Positions 63,884 through 64,000 of a stretch of DNA of 64,000 bases are shown piece after piece. The position numbers and the translations under genes were made by a program. Source of the stretch: Seison nebaliae (taxonomy: Eukaryota); the NCBI GenBank assembly GCA_023231475.1, contig JALJEE010002185.1:1-64000 (forward strand). Direction: 5' to 3'. The notes under the pieces are model-generated. The model was given only the letters and a program-made list of their open reading frames with translations. It did no database searches and was not told where the DNA came from. How positions within the stretch are numbered: the first letter of the stretch is position 1; the number at the start of each line of letters is the position of its first letter.

Positions 63884-64000
63884 ATGAATACACTTAAACC
63901 AACTAAACTTGTCAATCTGATAAAAAAGGAAATTCGATATTATACAACAAGATCATCTTCTCGACAAGATGTATTCAAGAGACGAATGTTCAAACGTATT
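63884..64000 (+). CDS. Possible 5' end of a gene running off the window
   Basis: ATG-initiated frame MNTLKPTKLVNLIKKEIRYYTTRSSSRQDVFKRRMFKRI is open to the window end; no homology recognised. Confidence 0.2.
   Translation, partial: MNTLKPTKLVNLIKKEIRYYTTRSSSRQDVFKRRMFKRI

Noticed and set aside
1..64000. Variant genetic code, tRNA/rRNA/snRNA genes or bacterial horizontal transfer
   Set aside because: Conserved proteins translate normally and TAA, TAG and TGA all act as stops. No tRNA, rRNA or U1-like sequence was recognised by eye (a covariance-model scan would be decisive). All recognised genes belong to eukaryotic families.

Overview
AT-rich, compact animal (probably protostome) nuclear DNA in the standard genetic code, with mostly 40-75 nt introns. 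I reconstructed about 18 genes by hand: FAM199X-like, PFKFB-like, MPPE1-like, SPEF1, JMJD6, an inactive trypsin-like protein, ABCA, prohormone-3/ITG-like, SRPRA, IFT46, VMAT/SLC18A, TMEM104, two tandem low-complexity orphans, a PPxY membrane protein, NIPBL/Scc2, an ankyrin protein and an orphan 7TM receptor. There are also three inverted-repeat elements, a Tc1-like relic and two RFX X-boxes. Main observations: (1) about 90% of the ~55 introns I could anchor start GTT instead of the usual GTA/GTG, which suggests a shifted 5' splice-site code; (2) IFT46 appears to carry ~1,000 extra residues on frame-preserving phase-1 exons; (3) the PFKFB kinase domain has lost its catalytic motifs while the phosphatase domain is intact; (4) two adjacent, otherwise dissimilar orphan genes share a 20-aa N-terminal peptide conserved at the protein level. 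All gene calls come from motif recognition without database searches, and splice junctions are inferred from reading frame and homology.
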